37,488 nucleotides of DNA from Planctomycetota bacterium (GTDB lineage Bacteria; Planctomycetota; MHYJ01; JACQXL01): NCBI GenBank assembly GCA_043807745.1, contig JAZDFP010000016.1:1-37488 (forward strand), read 5' to 3'. The notes beneath the pieces are model-generated. The model ran no database searches. It was not told the origin of the DNA and saw only the letters and a program-made list of their open reading frames with translations. Of this stretch, positions 9,107 through 17,477 are shown one piece after another (the stretch's first letter is position 1; the number at the start of each line of letters is the position of its first letter). Position numbers and translations under genes: made by a program.

Positions 9107-9358
9107 TTAAGAATTAATCATCGGTTTTGATTCACCGGCCCTATCATAATATTGGATATCCGCTCCCCACAAAGAGGTGGGAATCGGTTGGTTGGTATTT
9201 TTATCTTTAAAGAAATACTGGAGTTTTACCTTGCCCGGTGATTTTACGGAGAAGTTGAACCCGACAAATTCCTTTACTTCATCGTTTGTCAGTTGTTTGC
9301 CGTTAATCTCAATTTTGGTATTCTTGGCAAAACCGTCAGTATCAATCAGTATTTTCAT
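9107..9358 (-). CDS. Hypothetical structural-module protein (83 aa)
   Basis: ORF in the operon between the neck and tail tube genes. No recognisable motif. Confidence 0.5.
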   Translation of the reverse strand: MKILIDTDGFAKNTKIEINGKQLTNDEVKEFVGFNFSVKSPGKVKLQYFFKDKNTNQPIPTSLWGADIQYYDRAGESKPMINS

Positions 9359-9368
9359 GTCTTCCTTC

Positions 9369-9863
9369 CTAAGATTCCGTCATTACCGCAACTTCCAGAT
9401 TGATAGCAAAGGCGAATAAGTTTGAATTCGTGGTATAAACGAAATCATCTTCAGGCGGCTCCCATTCTATTCCGGTAACCAGAACCCACTCTATCGTGGC
9501 ATTGGTCAGGACCAATCCGTTCAGGTCGAGCGAGTCCATAAAAAGTTCGGCGAGTATTCTTGCCTTCTGTGTTTTAAGTTCTACCGGATTCTCGCCCTTG
9601 GCGTATTTATTGACATAAACAACCCTGAACTTATAAACCGGCTGGTAGACTTTTCCTATCTGCCTAAAGTTATTAGTTACTTCCCCATAAGGGCGGACAA
9701 AAACGCCGGGCACGAAATTAGCCATGTTTAAAGGCGCTGGCATATAATCTATCTGACCAAACTGGATTTCTTTCAATCCCCAACTTGTTTTTAATGCCGC
9801 GCTGATAATGGAGATAATCTCATCACATATCTCCTCGGCGTGTATCATTTGTTTGATAGTCAT
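9369..9863 (-). CDS. Putative tail terminator / neck protein
   Basis: 164-aa ORF directly after the HK97 gp10-like gene. The assignment rests on position only. Confidence 0.4.
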   Translation of the reverse strand: MTIKQMIHAEEICDEIISIISAALKTSWGLKEIQFGQIDYMPAPLNMANFVPGVFVRPYGEVTNNFRQIGKVYQPVYKFRVVYVNKYAKGENPVELKTQKARILAELFMDSLDLNGLVLTNATIEWVLVTGIEWEPPEDDFVYTTNSNLFAFAINLEVAVMTES

Positions 9864-9866
9864 TCT

Positions 9867-10262
9867 TTATCCTTCAGGATGTAAATATCCCTCTTCGTTT
9901 CCTACGGGTCTTAATTTCTGTAACAATGATATCAGTTTTTCCGAACCAGCCTTAAATCCACCTTTCAAGAATAACCTATGTCCTACCTTATGTCTGCCAT
10001 ATCCATACTCCACATATGGAGCATAAAATACCGCCGAACCTATTTTAGACGTATAGCGATTACCCTCTACTCCCGTGAAGTAATTAATTGATGCCCTTAA
10101 CAATCCGGTATCCACTGGCGTGCCTCTTTTGGATTCGGCGATATTCTTCAATGATGCTGTCCGTAATATATTGAGTAATTTTTCTGGTAAATTCCTTATA
10201 GCCTGATTAGTGGTAAAAATAACATTCTCAATACCGTTAATTGTTACAGCCATTTTGAACAT
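9867..10262 (-). CDS. HK97 gp10-family head-tail joining protein
   Basis: The motif GTPVDTGLLRASINY matches the gp10-family signature (vDTG.LR.Si). The size (131 aa) and position also fit. Confidence 0.7.
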   Translation of the reverse strand: MFKMAVTINGIENVIFTTNQAIRNLPEKLLNILRTASLKNIAESKRGTPVDTGLLRASINYFTGVEGNRYTSKIGSAVFYAPYVEYGYGRHKVGHRLFLKGGFKAGSEKLISLLQKLRPVGNEEGYLHPEG

Positions 10263-10583
10263 CTATATTTCCTTCTGTTCTAAAATCACTTCCTTATGAT
10301 GACTGAAATACTTAGCGACATAATTAACCTCGTATGTTATACTATTGGCATCTAATACCTGGTATCCGGCATCAATATCTACTCCAACTTCACAAAACAT
10401 CTTGTGGGTCGCGGACGGAAACTTTCCCAGAACGGTCCGGTCCCGTCCGCCAGTTAATGGTTCTATCCTGGCTTTCACTCCGGTTACACTCGTCTCCGAT
10501 TCAACTATCTGGTTGTTAACATCTACCGAATGTGTCGGTTTCTTAACCGTTACCGTATCCGTAAGCCAGGAACTAAAAGACAT
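10263..10583 (-). CDS. Head closure / head-tail adaptor protein (SPP1 gp16-like)
   Basis: 106 aa. The pattern is typical: VTVKKPT...VKARIEPLTGGRD...YEV. It lies between the connector and gp10-like genes. Confidence 0.55.
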   Translation of the reverse strand: MSFSSWLTDTVTVKKPTHSVDVNNQIVESETSVTGVKARIEPLTGGRDRTVLGKFPSATHKMFCEVGVDIDAGYQVLDANSITYEVNYVAKYFSHHKEVILEQKEI

Positions 10584-10593
10584 ATGTTTTGCA

Positions 10594-11193
10594 TCACACT
10601 TTCATATTGACGTATCCGTCGAGCATCATCTTTATCTCTGTCGGAACGTCTTTGCTTTCGGTATAGGTTATTGAATATTGCCCGATTGATTCCGACTTGA
10701 CGCCTTCCTTCTCCCTCTGCCTGAACAACTTTATGACAAGTTTCCTGCAGGCGAGATTGACCGCTTTCGGAATAGTCTCATATCCGGCAACATAAACTAC
10801 CTTAACATTGGCGACTCCGACCTGGAATATGCCCCGGGTGAAGAATTGTTTTGTCTCTCCGAACAGCCTAACATACCCCTCGTTCTCATAAGGATAGTAT
10901 TCACTGCTGTTTATCAGGGTATTAGAATCAAAGACGCGGTCGACGTCATCATGGATTGTCGTCACCGCAGTCACCGGCCGGTGCTTCAGGTATATGGTAT
11001 CGTTGCCCTTGCCGTCGATATATTCGGTATACGGCCTCGACAAAAACTGCCTCTTGCAGTAACTATTTTCTATCCAGTTGCTTACGGCATCAATCAACGC
11101 CTCAAGGATGTCGTCATAAGTAGTTGCCGTTGTCAGTTCAAGGTCTGTTTTGACCTCGTCGAGCGTAGTCAGGTCATAATTAGGGTCAGGCAT
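10594..11193 (-). CDS. gp6-like head-tail connector protein
   Basis: The N-terminus DLTTLDEVKTDLELTTATTYDDILEALIDAVSNWIENSYCKRQF matches the gp6-like connector pattern (l.evK..L.i....D..i..li.aA...ie.y..r). An SD (GAAGGAATAATTT ATG) precedes it. Confidence 0.7.
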   Translation of the reverse strand: MPDPNYDLTTLDEVKTDLELTTATTYDDILEALIDAVSNWIENSYCKRQFLSRPYTEYIDGKGNDTIYLKHRPVTAVTTIHDDVDRVFDSNTLINSSEYYPYENEGYVRLFGETKQFFTRGIFQVGVANVKVVYVAGYETIPKAVNLACRKLVIKLFRQREKEGVKSESIGQYSITYTESKDVPTEIKMMLDGYVNMKV

Positions 11194-11220
11194 AAATTAT
11201 TCCTTCACAATCATTAGGTT

Positions 11221-11703
11221 TCACTTCTGTTTTTTTCTCGTTACCTTCTTACCATCCATGCTTAGTTTCGGGGCCGGCGGCAGGGGTTTCTTGGGCGCAG
11301 GCACTGACGCGGGCTTGGGCGTTGCCGCTATCGGCGCGGGTTTGGGCGGTTCAATAACCGGTTTTGGTGCTACAACCGCTTCTTTTTTCATCTCCGGCTT
11401 GACCTCAATCTTCTTTACCGGAGGCTGGAACGAATTAGCTTTCGTCATTGCGGGGGCCACAGGTTTTATCGGTTCGATAATTTTCTTAACCTTGTTGTCC
11501 GGCGCCGGTGCTTCAGTCGCCTTCTTGACTATCCTCCACTCACCGGGGAACGAACTGACGAGTTTCTTTGCACTGCTTTCCGGGATATCGAATGACTGTC
11601 CCTTTCTCGCCCTCTTTATTTCCCTGCCTGAATAAGCCTCGCCCAGGAATTCCACTTTTACCATCGGTTCCGATGTTTTTGTTTCCGTCTTAACTTCTGT
11701 CAT
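11221..11703 (-). CDS. Pro/Ala/Lys/Val-rich low-complexity protein with a small globular N-terminal domain
   Basis: 160 aa. Residues ~65-150 are almost entirely P/A/K/V/E repeats (APAPDNKVKKIIEPIKPVAPA...KPVIEPPKPAPIAATPKPASVPAPKKPLPPAPK). Its start overlaps the stop of the upstream GT-A gene by 14 nt. Confidence 0.6.
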   Translation of the reverse strand: MTEVKTETKTSEPMVKVEFLGEAYSGREIKRARKGQSFDIPESSAKKLVSSFPGEWRIVKKATEAPAPDNKVKKIIEPIKPVAPAMTKANSFQPPVKKIEVKPEMKKEAVVAPKPVIEPPKPAPIAATPKPASVPAPKKPLPPAPKLSMDGKKVTRKKQK

Positions 11704-12502
11704 CTTTCCTCGCTTTCTTCCCGGAAAATAATTCCGGGTAATATGTTTTATAAAATATCTCAGGATAAATCCCTGAGTAATCTAATATCCTGCATTGCGG
11801 TGGCAACTGGTCCGTCAGGAACGATTCACGGCAGGTAATGTAAAGCGGACGGGTCACCTTTTCTCCGCGTTCAATATATAGATTCAAATTTACCTTATAC
11901 CGCTCTGTATCTTTCCTTGCGAATCCCATGTGGTAACATGCTATATCATTCGTATATAACGACCTGTCGTTCTTGATTCCGTATAGACTCCCATCTTTAT
12001 ACGACAGCCGGACGTGGTCGATTTCAAACTTACTTCCGTTGTAATACTTAAATGCATGGCACTGTTTTATACTGAAATATCCGCCCTCTATTATCCTGGT
12101 TATACCTTTCCAGAAGTTGATGATTGGATACATTACCGCATCGTATTGGATGAGCAATGCCTTCAACCTTTCCATGTCGTCAAAGGTATAAAACTGGTCG
12201 ACATCAAGTCTGATAAACGAATCGTTGTCCTTCAGGAGCGTTACATAAAAACGGGCTTTTTCCTCTTTGATTGCAAAAGGCATTTCATGCCATTCAATTT
12301 TACTGCCATATTCCCTGATTAGTTTCTTGACCACGTTTTTAGTCCCATCATTAGATAATCCATTTTTGGAGATGATATCCTTGTTGTTCCTCTTGTCGGC
12401 GCCGTCTATGATGATAACCCTGTCGAAACAATTAACATGCTGGCGGATATTCATTTCTATAAACTCTACCTCGTTGTATACAATCATCATTCCGACAAAC
12501 AT
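11690..12502 (-). CDS. GT-A fold (GT2-like) glycosyltransferase, paralogue of 14082..14675
   Basis: The N-terminus MMIVYNEVEFIEMNIRQHVNCFDRVIIIDGAD fits the GT2 pattern. A later acidic motif, RLDVDQF, is DxD-like. It shares the motifs VYNE, DRVI.(V/I)DGA and DGT with 14082..14675. Confidence 0.6.
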   Translation of the reverse strand: MFVGMMIVYNEVEFIEMNIRQHVNCFDRVIIIDGADKRNNKDIISKNGLSNDGTKNVVKKLIREYGSKIEWHEMPFAIKEEKARFYVTLLKDNDSFIRLDVDQFYTFDDMERLKALLIQYDAVMYPIINFWKGITRIIEGGYFSIKQCHAFKYYNGSKFEIDHVRLSYKDGSLYGIKNDRSLYTNDIACYHMGFARKDTERYKVNLNLYIERGEKVTRPLYITCRESFLTDQLPPQCRILDYSGIYPEIFYKTYYPELFSGKKARKDDRS

Positions 12503-12505
12503 TAT

Positions 12506-13144
12506 TTATTTCCTTTCAAATAAGGCTACCAAGTCATGTTCTTTAGTCTGCTCTTCAAACAGTATCTCGTGATAGATAAGATTGCATTTATCAAGCGCCT
12601 TTATATAATCCGGCAAGCCGAATCCATTCATATGCAGGGACGGTTTATAATTCATGGTAAAGGCGCTTATGTCCTCGTGCAGCAGATAGTATCCGCCCGG
12701 TTTGAGTATTTCCTGTATCGAATTCACCGATTCCGCCCAGGTGATATGGTCGTTGATATGTTGCACGACCGTGAAGGTAAAAGCGATTTCAAATGATGCC
12801 GTGTATTTGTTTTTAAGATTTTTAATCTCCTCTACGACATACTGGTTCTTGAGCGGAAGTTCATTAAAGCACTGCATCGCTTTCTCTGATATATCTGTGC
12901 AAAGGAGTTCCCTGATGAATGAATTATAAAAAGGAGTCAGCCTACCCGAGCCGGCGCCTATTTCTATCCCATTGTTAAAAGTCATTTTCCCAGCTCTTGA
13001 TAATGCCCTACCCATCCTCTCGGTGTCTCTCTTGTATCTCTCTTCCTGGTGGTCATAAATCTGTCTGGATATGCAGGCATTGGCGCCTTCTCTTGCGTAT
13101 CTATCATTCCAGTATTTCTTGATATCAAATTTCTCTATGCTCAT
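12506..13144 (-). CDS. Class I SAM-dependent methyltransferase
   Basis: Motif I is GIEIGAGSGRLTPFY. The later LKPGGYYLLHE is typical of Rossmann methyltransferases. An ATGA overlap couples it to the upstream gene. Confidence 0.75.
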   Translation of the reverse strand: MSIEKFDIKKYWNDRYAREGANACISRQIYDHQEERYKRDTERMGRALSRAGKMTFNNGIEIGAGSGRLTPFYNSFIRELLCTDISEKAMQCFNELPLKNQYVVEEIKNLKNKYTASFEIAFTFTVVQHINDHITWAESVNSIQEILKPGGYYLLHEDISAFTMNYKPSLHMNGFGLPDYIKALDKCNLIYHEILFEEQTKEHDLVALFERK

Positions 13145-14085
13145 TTCAGCATCTCCCTTGCGGTTTCAAATACATATCCGGGGCTCAACATTTTCATGCA
13201 GATATTATCCCGGCAGGTTATGAACATATTCGTCCGATTGGCTTTGTCGCTGATATAGCATCTCTGGCAATTAATTTCTTTTCTCAATATTATTGCCCTG
13301 TTATCCTGCACGTGCGGCTTGTTCTTTATTTCCGATGTCGGACCGAACATGGCTATCTGTTTTATTCCGGTGGTCGTGCCCAGGTGCATTATTCCCGAAT
13401 CTATCGATATCAGAAGACTTGAAGCCATCATCAAGGCAGCAACCTTATCAAGCGTATCCTTAAATACAGGCACATCTGATTCATTCGCCATTTGGTTTGT
13501 CTGTTCTTTCTCATGCTCTCCGCAGAGTAGGCATAATTTATATTCCGACATCTCTTTTTTAAAATATGATATCAGGTCTAACCAGTAGTTATCCGGCCAT
13601 TTCTTTTTCTCCCAGTGCTTGTTGCTGTGGCAGCCGACATGCATCAGTATCATTTTCTGTTTCTCGTAGATATCCGGGACGGGGAATAATGTCGGGTAAA
13701 ACTTTTGGTTGATTGACTTGATAAGTTTCTCGCTCATCAGCGTTTGTAGATTAATTTCTATTTCTGAAGTAAATAAGAATTTACGTTGCTGTTCTGGCTC
13801 GTATAGTAGTTTATCACTTACTCTTTTTAATGGCTCGTCAAACCTTGCCGTCCTGAAGCATGAATTTAAACTGTAATTATAGTGATCGGTTATCTGTTCT
13901 GTTTCCCTGTATATTCTATTAATACGGGGATGTTTTGCCATGACGTCGTAGGCTCGGTCGGACGATAAGACGTCTATCTGCATACCGGGGTTATCATCGG
14001 CGAGTTGTGAGATAACAGGGGTAAATAATACCCCATTCCCGAGGCCTTCGCTTACCCCTAAAAGAACCTTTAGTTCACCGCTCAT
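13141..14085 (-). CDS. GT9-family (heptosyltransferase-like) glycosyltransferase
   Basis: The N-terminus KVLLGVSEGLGNGVLFTPVISQLADDNPGMQIDVL matches the GT9 pattern (lGD.v..tP....lk...P...i..l). The C-terminus VAALMMASSLLISIDSGIMHLGTTTGIKQIAMFGPTS matches the motif DSG.mHlA...g.p.v.lfGpt. A Cys-rich tail, CQRC...CRDNICM, follows. Confidence 0.75.
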   Translation of the reverse strand: MSGELKVLLGVSEGLGNGVLFTPVISQLADDNPGMQIDVLSSDRAYDVMAKHPRINRIYRETEQITDHYNYSLNSCFRTARFDEPLKRVSDKLLYEPEQQRKFLFTSEIEINLQTLMSEKLIKSINQKFYPTLFPVPDIYEKQKMILMHVGCHSNKHWEKKKWPDNYWLDLISYFKKEMSEYKLCLLCGEHEKEQTNQMANESDVPVFKDTLDKVAALMMASSLLISIDSGIMHLGTTTGIKQIAMFGPTSEIKNKPHVQDNRAIILRKEINCQRCYISDKANRTNMFITCRDNICMKMLSPGYVFETAREMLK

Positions 14086-14675
14086 ATTTTATTTATCTGT
14101 CTGAATTCCTTTTCCTCGGTTCTCGACCGGTAATATTGACCCTTTGCCATTACACGTTCCTGTTTCCGCTCTGCATTAAAGTGAATGATATTACAGTTCA
14201 TTATCGTTTCCATCTTGCGTTTATTCAAAATCTCATCGCCTATCATCAGGCAGTGATGAGTCCCAAAATATCTTATCCCCCTTCTATGCCTGAATAATCT
14301 ATATACCGGATAAGCGGATATTCCGTCTGTCCGGTATAGAGATATATTCCAGTCATCCTGTTCCTCATAGCCCTTCGGGATTCCCGCGAGTTCCTCATCC
14401 CCGTCTATCATCAGATACCAGTCGCCCTCTTTGCCCAGCAGGTATCGGTTCCTTTTAACTATCTGGCTTTCCCATGCATTTTCGGTCGTGATTATCTTAT
14501 CCGCATATTTCCTTGCCAACTCTATCGTCCCGTCGGTCGACCAGGGTTTGTCGTAGGGGAAAGAAACATAGGCTCCATCCACTACGATTACCCTGTCCAC
14601 TTTTTCCCTGATTGACCTGATACACCGCCCGAAAAACTGGGCTTCGTTATAAACGGACAGGACACCGATTAACAT
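14082..14675 (-). CDS. GT-A fold (GT2-like) glycosyltransferase
   Basis: Motifs LIGVLSVYNEAQFFGRCIRSIREKVDRVIVVDGAY and the DxD-type LMIDGDEE. An SD (AGAAAGGGAAA ATG) precedes it. It is the first gene after the major capsid gene. Confidence 0.65.
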   Translation of the reverse strand: MLIGVLSVYNEAQFFGRCIRSIREKVDRVIVVDGAYVSFPYDKPWSTDGTIELARKYADKIITTENAWESQIVKRNRYLLGKEGDWYLMIDGDEELAGIPKGYEEQDDWNISLYRTDGISAYPVYRLFRHRRGIRYFGTHHCLMIGDEILNKRKMETIMNCNIIHFNAERKQERVMAKGQYYRSRTEEKEFRQINKI

Positions 14676-14708
14676 TTTCCCTTTCTTTTTATCCGCCTTC
14701 GCAGAAGA

Positions 14709-14774
14709 CCACGGGTTTACGCCCGTGGAACTTCATTAACTAAGCCCAGCACCCATCCCCTGGATAGGTGCTGG
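14709..14774 (-). other. Two GC-rich stem-loops in the intergenic region after the major capsid gene (attenuator or RNA-stability elements)
   Basis: The first is CCAGCACC..ATCC/GGAT..GGTGCTGG (14746..14774). The second is CCACGGG/CCCGTGG (14709..14728). Neither has a clear U-tract on the minus strand. Confidence 0.35.
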
Positions 14775-14813
14775 ACTATATCTGTTATACTAAGACCTTT
14801 CAGTCAAGTCTGT

Positions 14814-16127
14814 TTACGCTAAAATATTTCTGGCTATTGCCACGATTTTCTCTGTAGTCTCGTCATATCTCGGGGTGAACGCCTTCCTGGTTGTCGCCAC
14901 GAGAATATTCTTCTGATATGACGGCCTGTTTTCCAGTTCCAGTTTGATTGCCCTGCGAGTTCCATGCAGGAATCCCGGACGGAACACAAGGATGGCTTCC
15001 GTCAAGGCATTGCCGGTTCCGTCATAAACAGCGCTTGCGCTCAGGTCTTCCCTGATATACTCGGAGCAGATAACCGGGATGTTATCAAACTTGCCGAGTT
15101 CGCCCTGGAGAACCGTTGCCATCGGGCCGTATTTATCCACAGTCCTGAAGCTGGCGAAGTTGGTCTTGTTAAGCATCGCGTTAAACGTGGAAATACCAAC
15201 TACCCATATCAGGTTGTTCGGATTCACTCCGTATTTTCCCATCAGGATTCTTACCGCCTGCAAGTCGCCTTCGACAACCGCATCCCCGCCCACGTTATAC
15301 TTAGCGGCTTCAAGACAGTGCTTGCGGTATCCCTTCCAGCATTTACGGGCATCATCCGCATCGGTGACATCGCTATCCTGATGCGCTGTCGTGGTATCAC
15401 CGTTGATATCGCAGTTTTCCACGCCATGCCCGAGCGCCTGGGCGATATCTTCCTTAATGGTCGGCAACATGGGTATGATTGAGTCTTCCTCAAGTTCATA
15501 ACTGATGTCAACCCTGGATATCAGTGTCTCTGCCGTGAGGGTTAATGCACCGGTTCCGGGTGTCGTTGCCGTGGCTTCGCTTGCCTCGGTCGATTTCTTG
15601 GCGGTTGACCTTGAGGTCTTGCGCCCGAATTTAAACGGATCGCTCGGCATCGGAACATCCCTGTGGGATGCAGCCACCTTCAATTCCAGGTTAAATAGGT
15701 CGACCAGTTCGGAACTGAAATCGGTCGGAATCCATTCTGCGCCCGTTCCTGTCCCGCCGGTCGTCATCGCCTTGGCGAGTTCGGATTCGTTGATTAACGG
15801 CTTCAAACTCTTAAAGAGATTGAAATTCTGCATCGGCTTCTGGCACAGCACAGACATGATCAGCAGGTCATCATTAATCTGCTGGATTTTCTTAACCGTC
15901 TCATCTTTCGTCCTCTTCCTAATGAGAACGTTCATATTGGTTATCCTGGGGTCAGCCTCATCCACGTTGAACTCACCTTTGCGCACTGCTTCGGCGAATT
16001 CATCACGCTGCAACTTCAGCACTTCCTCTATTTCTTCCTTTACTTTCGCTGGGTCAGCCGATTTGGCGATATCGGAAAGTTCTTTCACCTTCCTTCCGAG
16101 CGTATCGCTTATTTTATAGTCTACCAT
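14814..16127 (-). CDS. Major capsid protein (HK97 fold)
   Basis: 437 aa, placed after the protease and scaffold genes. The N-terminal delta-like helical region is followed by GGTGTGAEWIPTDFSSELVDLFNLELKVAS...VPMPSDPFKF, which is typical of Phage_capsid family proteins. Confidence 0.85.
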   Translation of the reverse strand: MVDYKISDTLGRKVKELSDIAKSADPAKVKEEIEEVLKLQRDEFAEAVRKGEFNVDEADPRITNMNVLIRKRTKDETVKKIQQINDDLLIMSVLCQKPMQNFNLFKSLKPLINESELAKAMTTGGTGTGAEWIPTDFSSELVDLFNLELKVAASHRDVPMPSDPFKFGRKTSRSTAKKSTEASEATATTPGTGALTLTAETLISRVDISYELEEDSIIPMLPTIKEDIAQALGHGVENCDINGDTTTAHQDSDVTDADDARKCWKGYRKHCLEAAKYNVGGDAVVEGDLQAVRILMGKYGVNPNNLIWVVGISTFNAMLNKTNFASFRTVDKYGPMATVLQGELGKFDNIPVICSEYIREDLSASAVYDGTGNALTEAILVFRPGFLHGTRRAIKLELENRPSYQKNILVATTRKAFTPRYDETTEKIVAIARNILA

Positions 16128-16197
16128 TTATTTTTGCCTTTCGTAACCATGGAATATAACTTCTAAACCTCTAAAAATTTATAGAGGCTATCAATCT

Positions 16198-16581
16198 TCA
16201 CTTCTTATGAAGTGCATCTTTTACCATCTTTCCTATCTGGTCTTTGGTAAGGATTTTTTCCTTAATAGACTCAATCAGGGTGACTGCGTCTTCACAGTCT
16301 TTGCATACTTTTTCAAGGTCTGCCTTCACGGTGGCGTTCTCCGCCGTCAGTGTTGCATTAGCAGCCTTCAAAGTAGTAATCTCTCCGTCTTTCTTCGTGA
16401 TATCCACATTCTTCTTTATCATTTCATCGTTAAGTGACGCTATCTGCCCTTCGAGTTTTGCCTTCTCGGCACCTGCGGCATCATCTCTTTTAAACAAGAA
16501 GAATGGCGACTTATTTGCCGGCGAGTCCACCAGCGCCACAACGTCAATTTTCAGGTTTTTCAGTTTCCTGGGTTCCGTCAT
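16198..16581 (-). CDS. Scaffolding protein (coiled-coil)
   Basis: 127-aa helical, charged ORF (EKAKLEGQIASLNDEMIKKNVD...TLKAANATLTAENATVKADLEK) between the protease and capsid genes. Confidence 0.6.
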   Translation of the reverse strand: MTEPRKLKNLKIDVVALVDSPANKSPFFLFKRDDAAGAEKAKLEGQIASLNDEMIKKNVDITKKDGEITTLKAANATLTAENATVKADLEKVCKDCEDAVTLIESIKEKILTKDQIGKMVKDALHKK

Positions 16582-16615
16582 CTAATCTCACCTTCCTTTC
16601 TTTTTGTTAGAGTTA

Positions 16616-17371
16616 TTATCTGGAAGCGGTTCCTTCCATCGAGTATCCGGTTATCTTGCCTTCCTTGACGAGTCCCCATAGTTGGCTGTTCAGTATGTGC
16701 GTTGCCATTACCCAAGAGCCTTTCTTGACCTGCCTCTGCCCCATCGGGAAATCAACCGGGGCGATATAGCACTCGGCGATGCGCACATCTTTGTTAATTA
16801 GTTCCTGATGCATGAATGATATGTTTTGGTATTCCTCCAGGAAGTCGTGACATACCCTTTCAATTTCCTCGGCGTCGGTATAATCACCGTGAGCATCCAC
16901 GGTATCCGGTTCGTAAACGATGCCGTAGACTATCTGCTTTTCGTCGTCCCTTTTTAATATTGCTATCTCCCTTTTCATGACCAGGAAGTCATCCGGGAAT
17001 AGTGTTGCCAGTTCCTCTGATTTGTATGCTTTCATGGCTGGAGCATCTTTCGAAAACTGTTTGTAGTGTGATGCCAGGTGGTCGTAAACACCCTGTTTAT
17101 CATCTGCTGGGATATCAACTCCGCCTCTCGCGCCTAACAATGCAGCCATGGCTGTAACCACACCCTTCCACACGGCTTTCTTGTCACCTGCAGTGTGGTG
17201 AGGCATTTTATAGGATGATTTAACATCCGGGTTTTCCTCATCCATCCAAGCGCAGATTTGTTTCAGCACGGTTACATCAGCGGCCGCTATTTCTTTCGGG
17301 CCATCCCATGCCATGCCGATATCGTGCATCCCCAAATCCTTGAACGGAATCGCTTTTTTGTTTATCTCCAT
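16616..17371 (-). CDS. XkdF-like (Peptidase_S78_2-type) putative prohead protease
   Basis: The C-terminal half QIVYGIVYEPDTVDAHGDYTDAEEIERVCHDFLEEYQNISFMHQ...IAECYIAP...GYSMEG fits the XkdF domain pattern. An SD (AAAAGGAGTTGAAAA ATG) precedes it. Confidence 0.75.
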   Translation of the reverse strand: MEINKKAIPFKDLGMHDIGMAWDGPKEIAAADVTVLKQICAWMDEENPDVKSSYKMPHHTAGDKKAVWKGVVTAMAALLGARGGVDIPADDKQGVYDHLASHYKQFSKDAPAMKAYKSEELATLFPDDFLVMKREIAILKRDDEKQIVYGIVYEPDTVDAHGDYTDAEEIERVCHDFLEEYQNISFMHQELINKDVRIAECYIAPVDFPMGQRQVKKGSWVMATHILNSQLWGLVKEGKITGYSMEGTASR

Positions 17372-17391
17372 TTTTCAACTCCTTTTTGTTC

Positions 17392-17430
17392 AAATAAAAA
17401 AGCCGTTCAAACGTTATGTCTGAACGGCTT
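17392..17430 (-). terminator. Rho-independent terminator (repeat copy A) after the portal gene
   Basis: Minus strand: AAGCCGTTCA-gacataacgtt-TGAACGGCTT, followed by TTTTTTATTT. The stem is 10 bp and perfect. Confidence 0.7.
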
Positions 17431-17446
17431 AAGATTATTTCTATTA
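17392..17446. repeat. 55-bp exact direct repeat, copy A (partner at 19671..19725)
   Basis: aaataaaaaagccgttcaaacgttatgtctgaacggcttaagattatttctatta is identical at both positions by direct comparison. Confidence 0.95.
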
Positions 17447-17477
17447 GCCGTGTTATAAAATGCTATACTTTGTTATA

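Noticed and set aside
16168-16187. A terminator between the scaffold and capsid genes (CCTCTA/TAGAGG hairpin)
   Set aside because: The stem is only 6 bp and AT-rich, and the trailing T-run is weak and interrupted. It is not convincing as a terminator.
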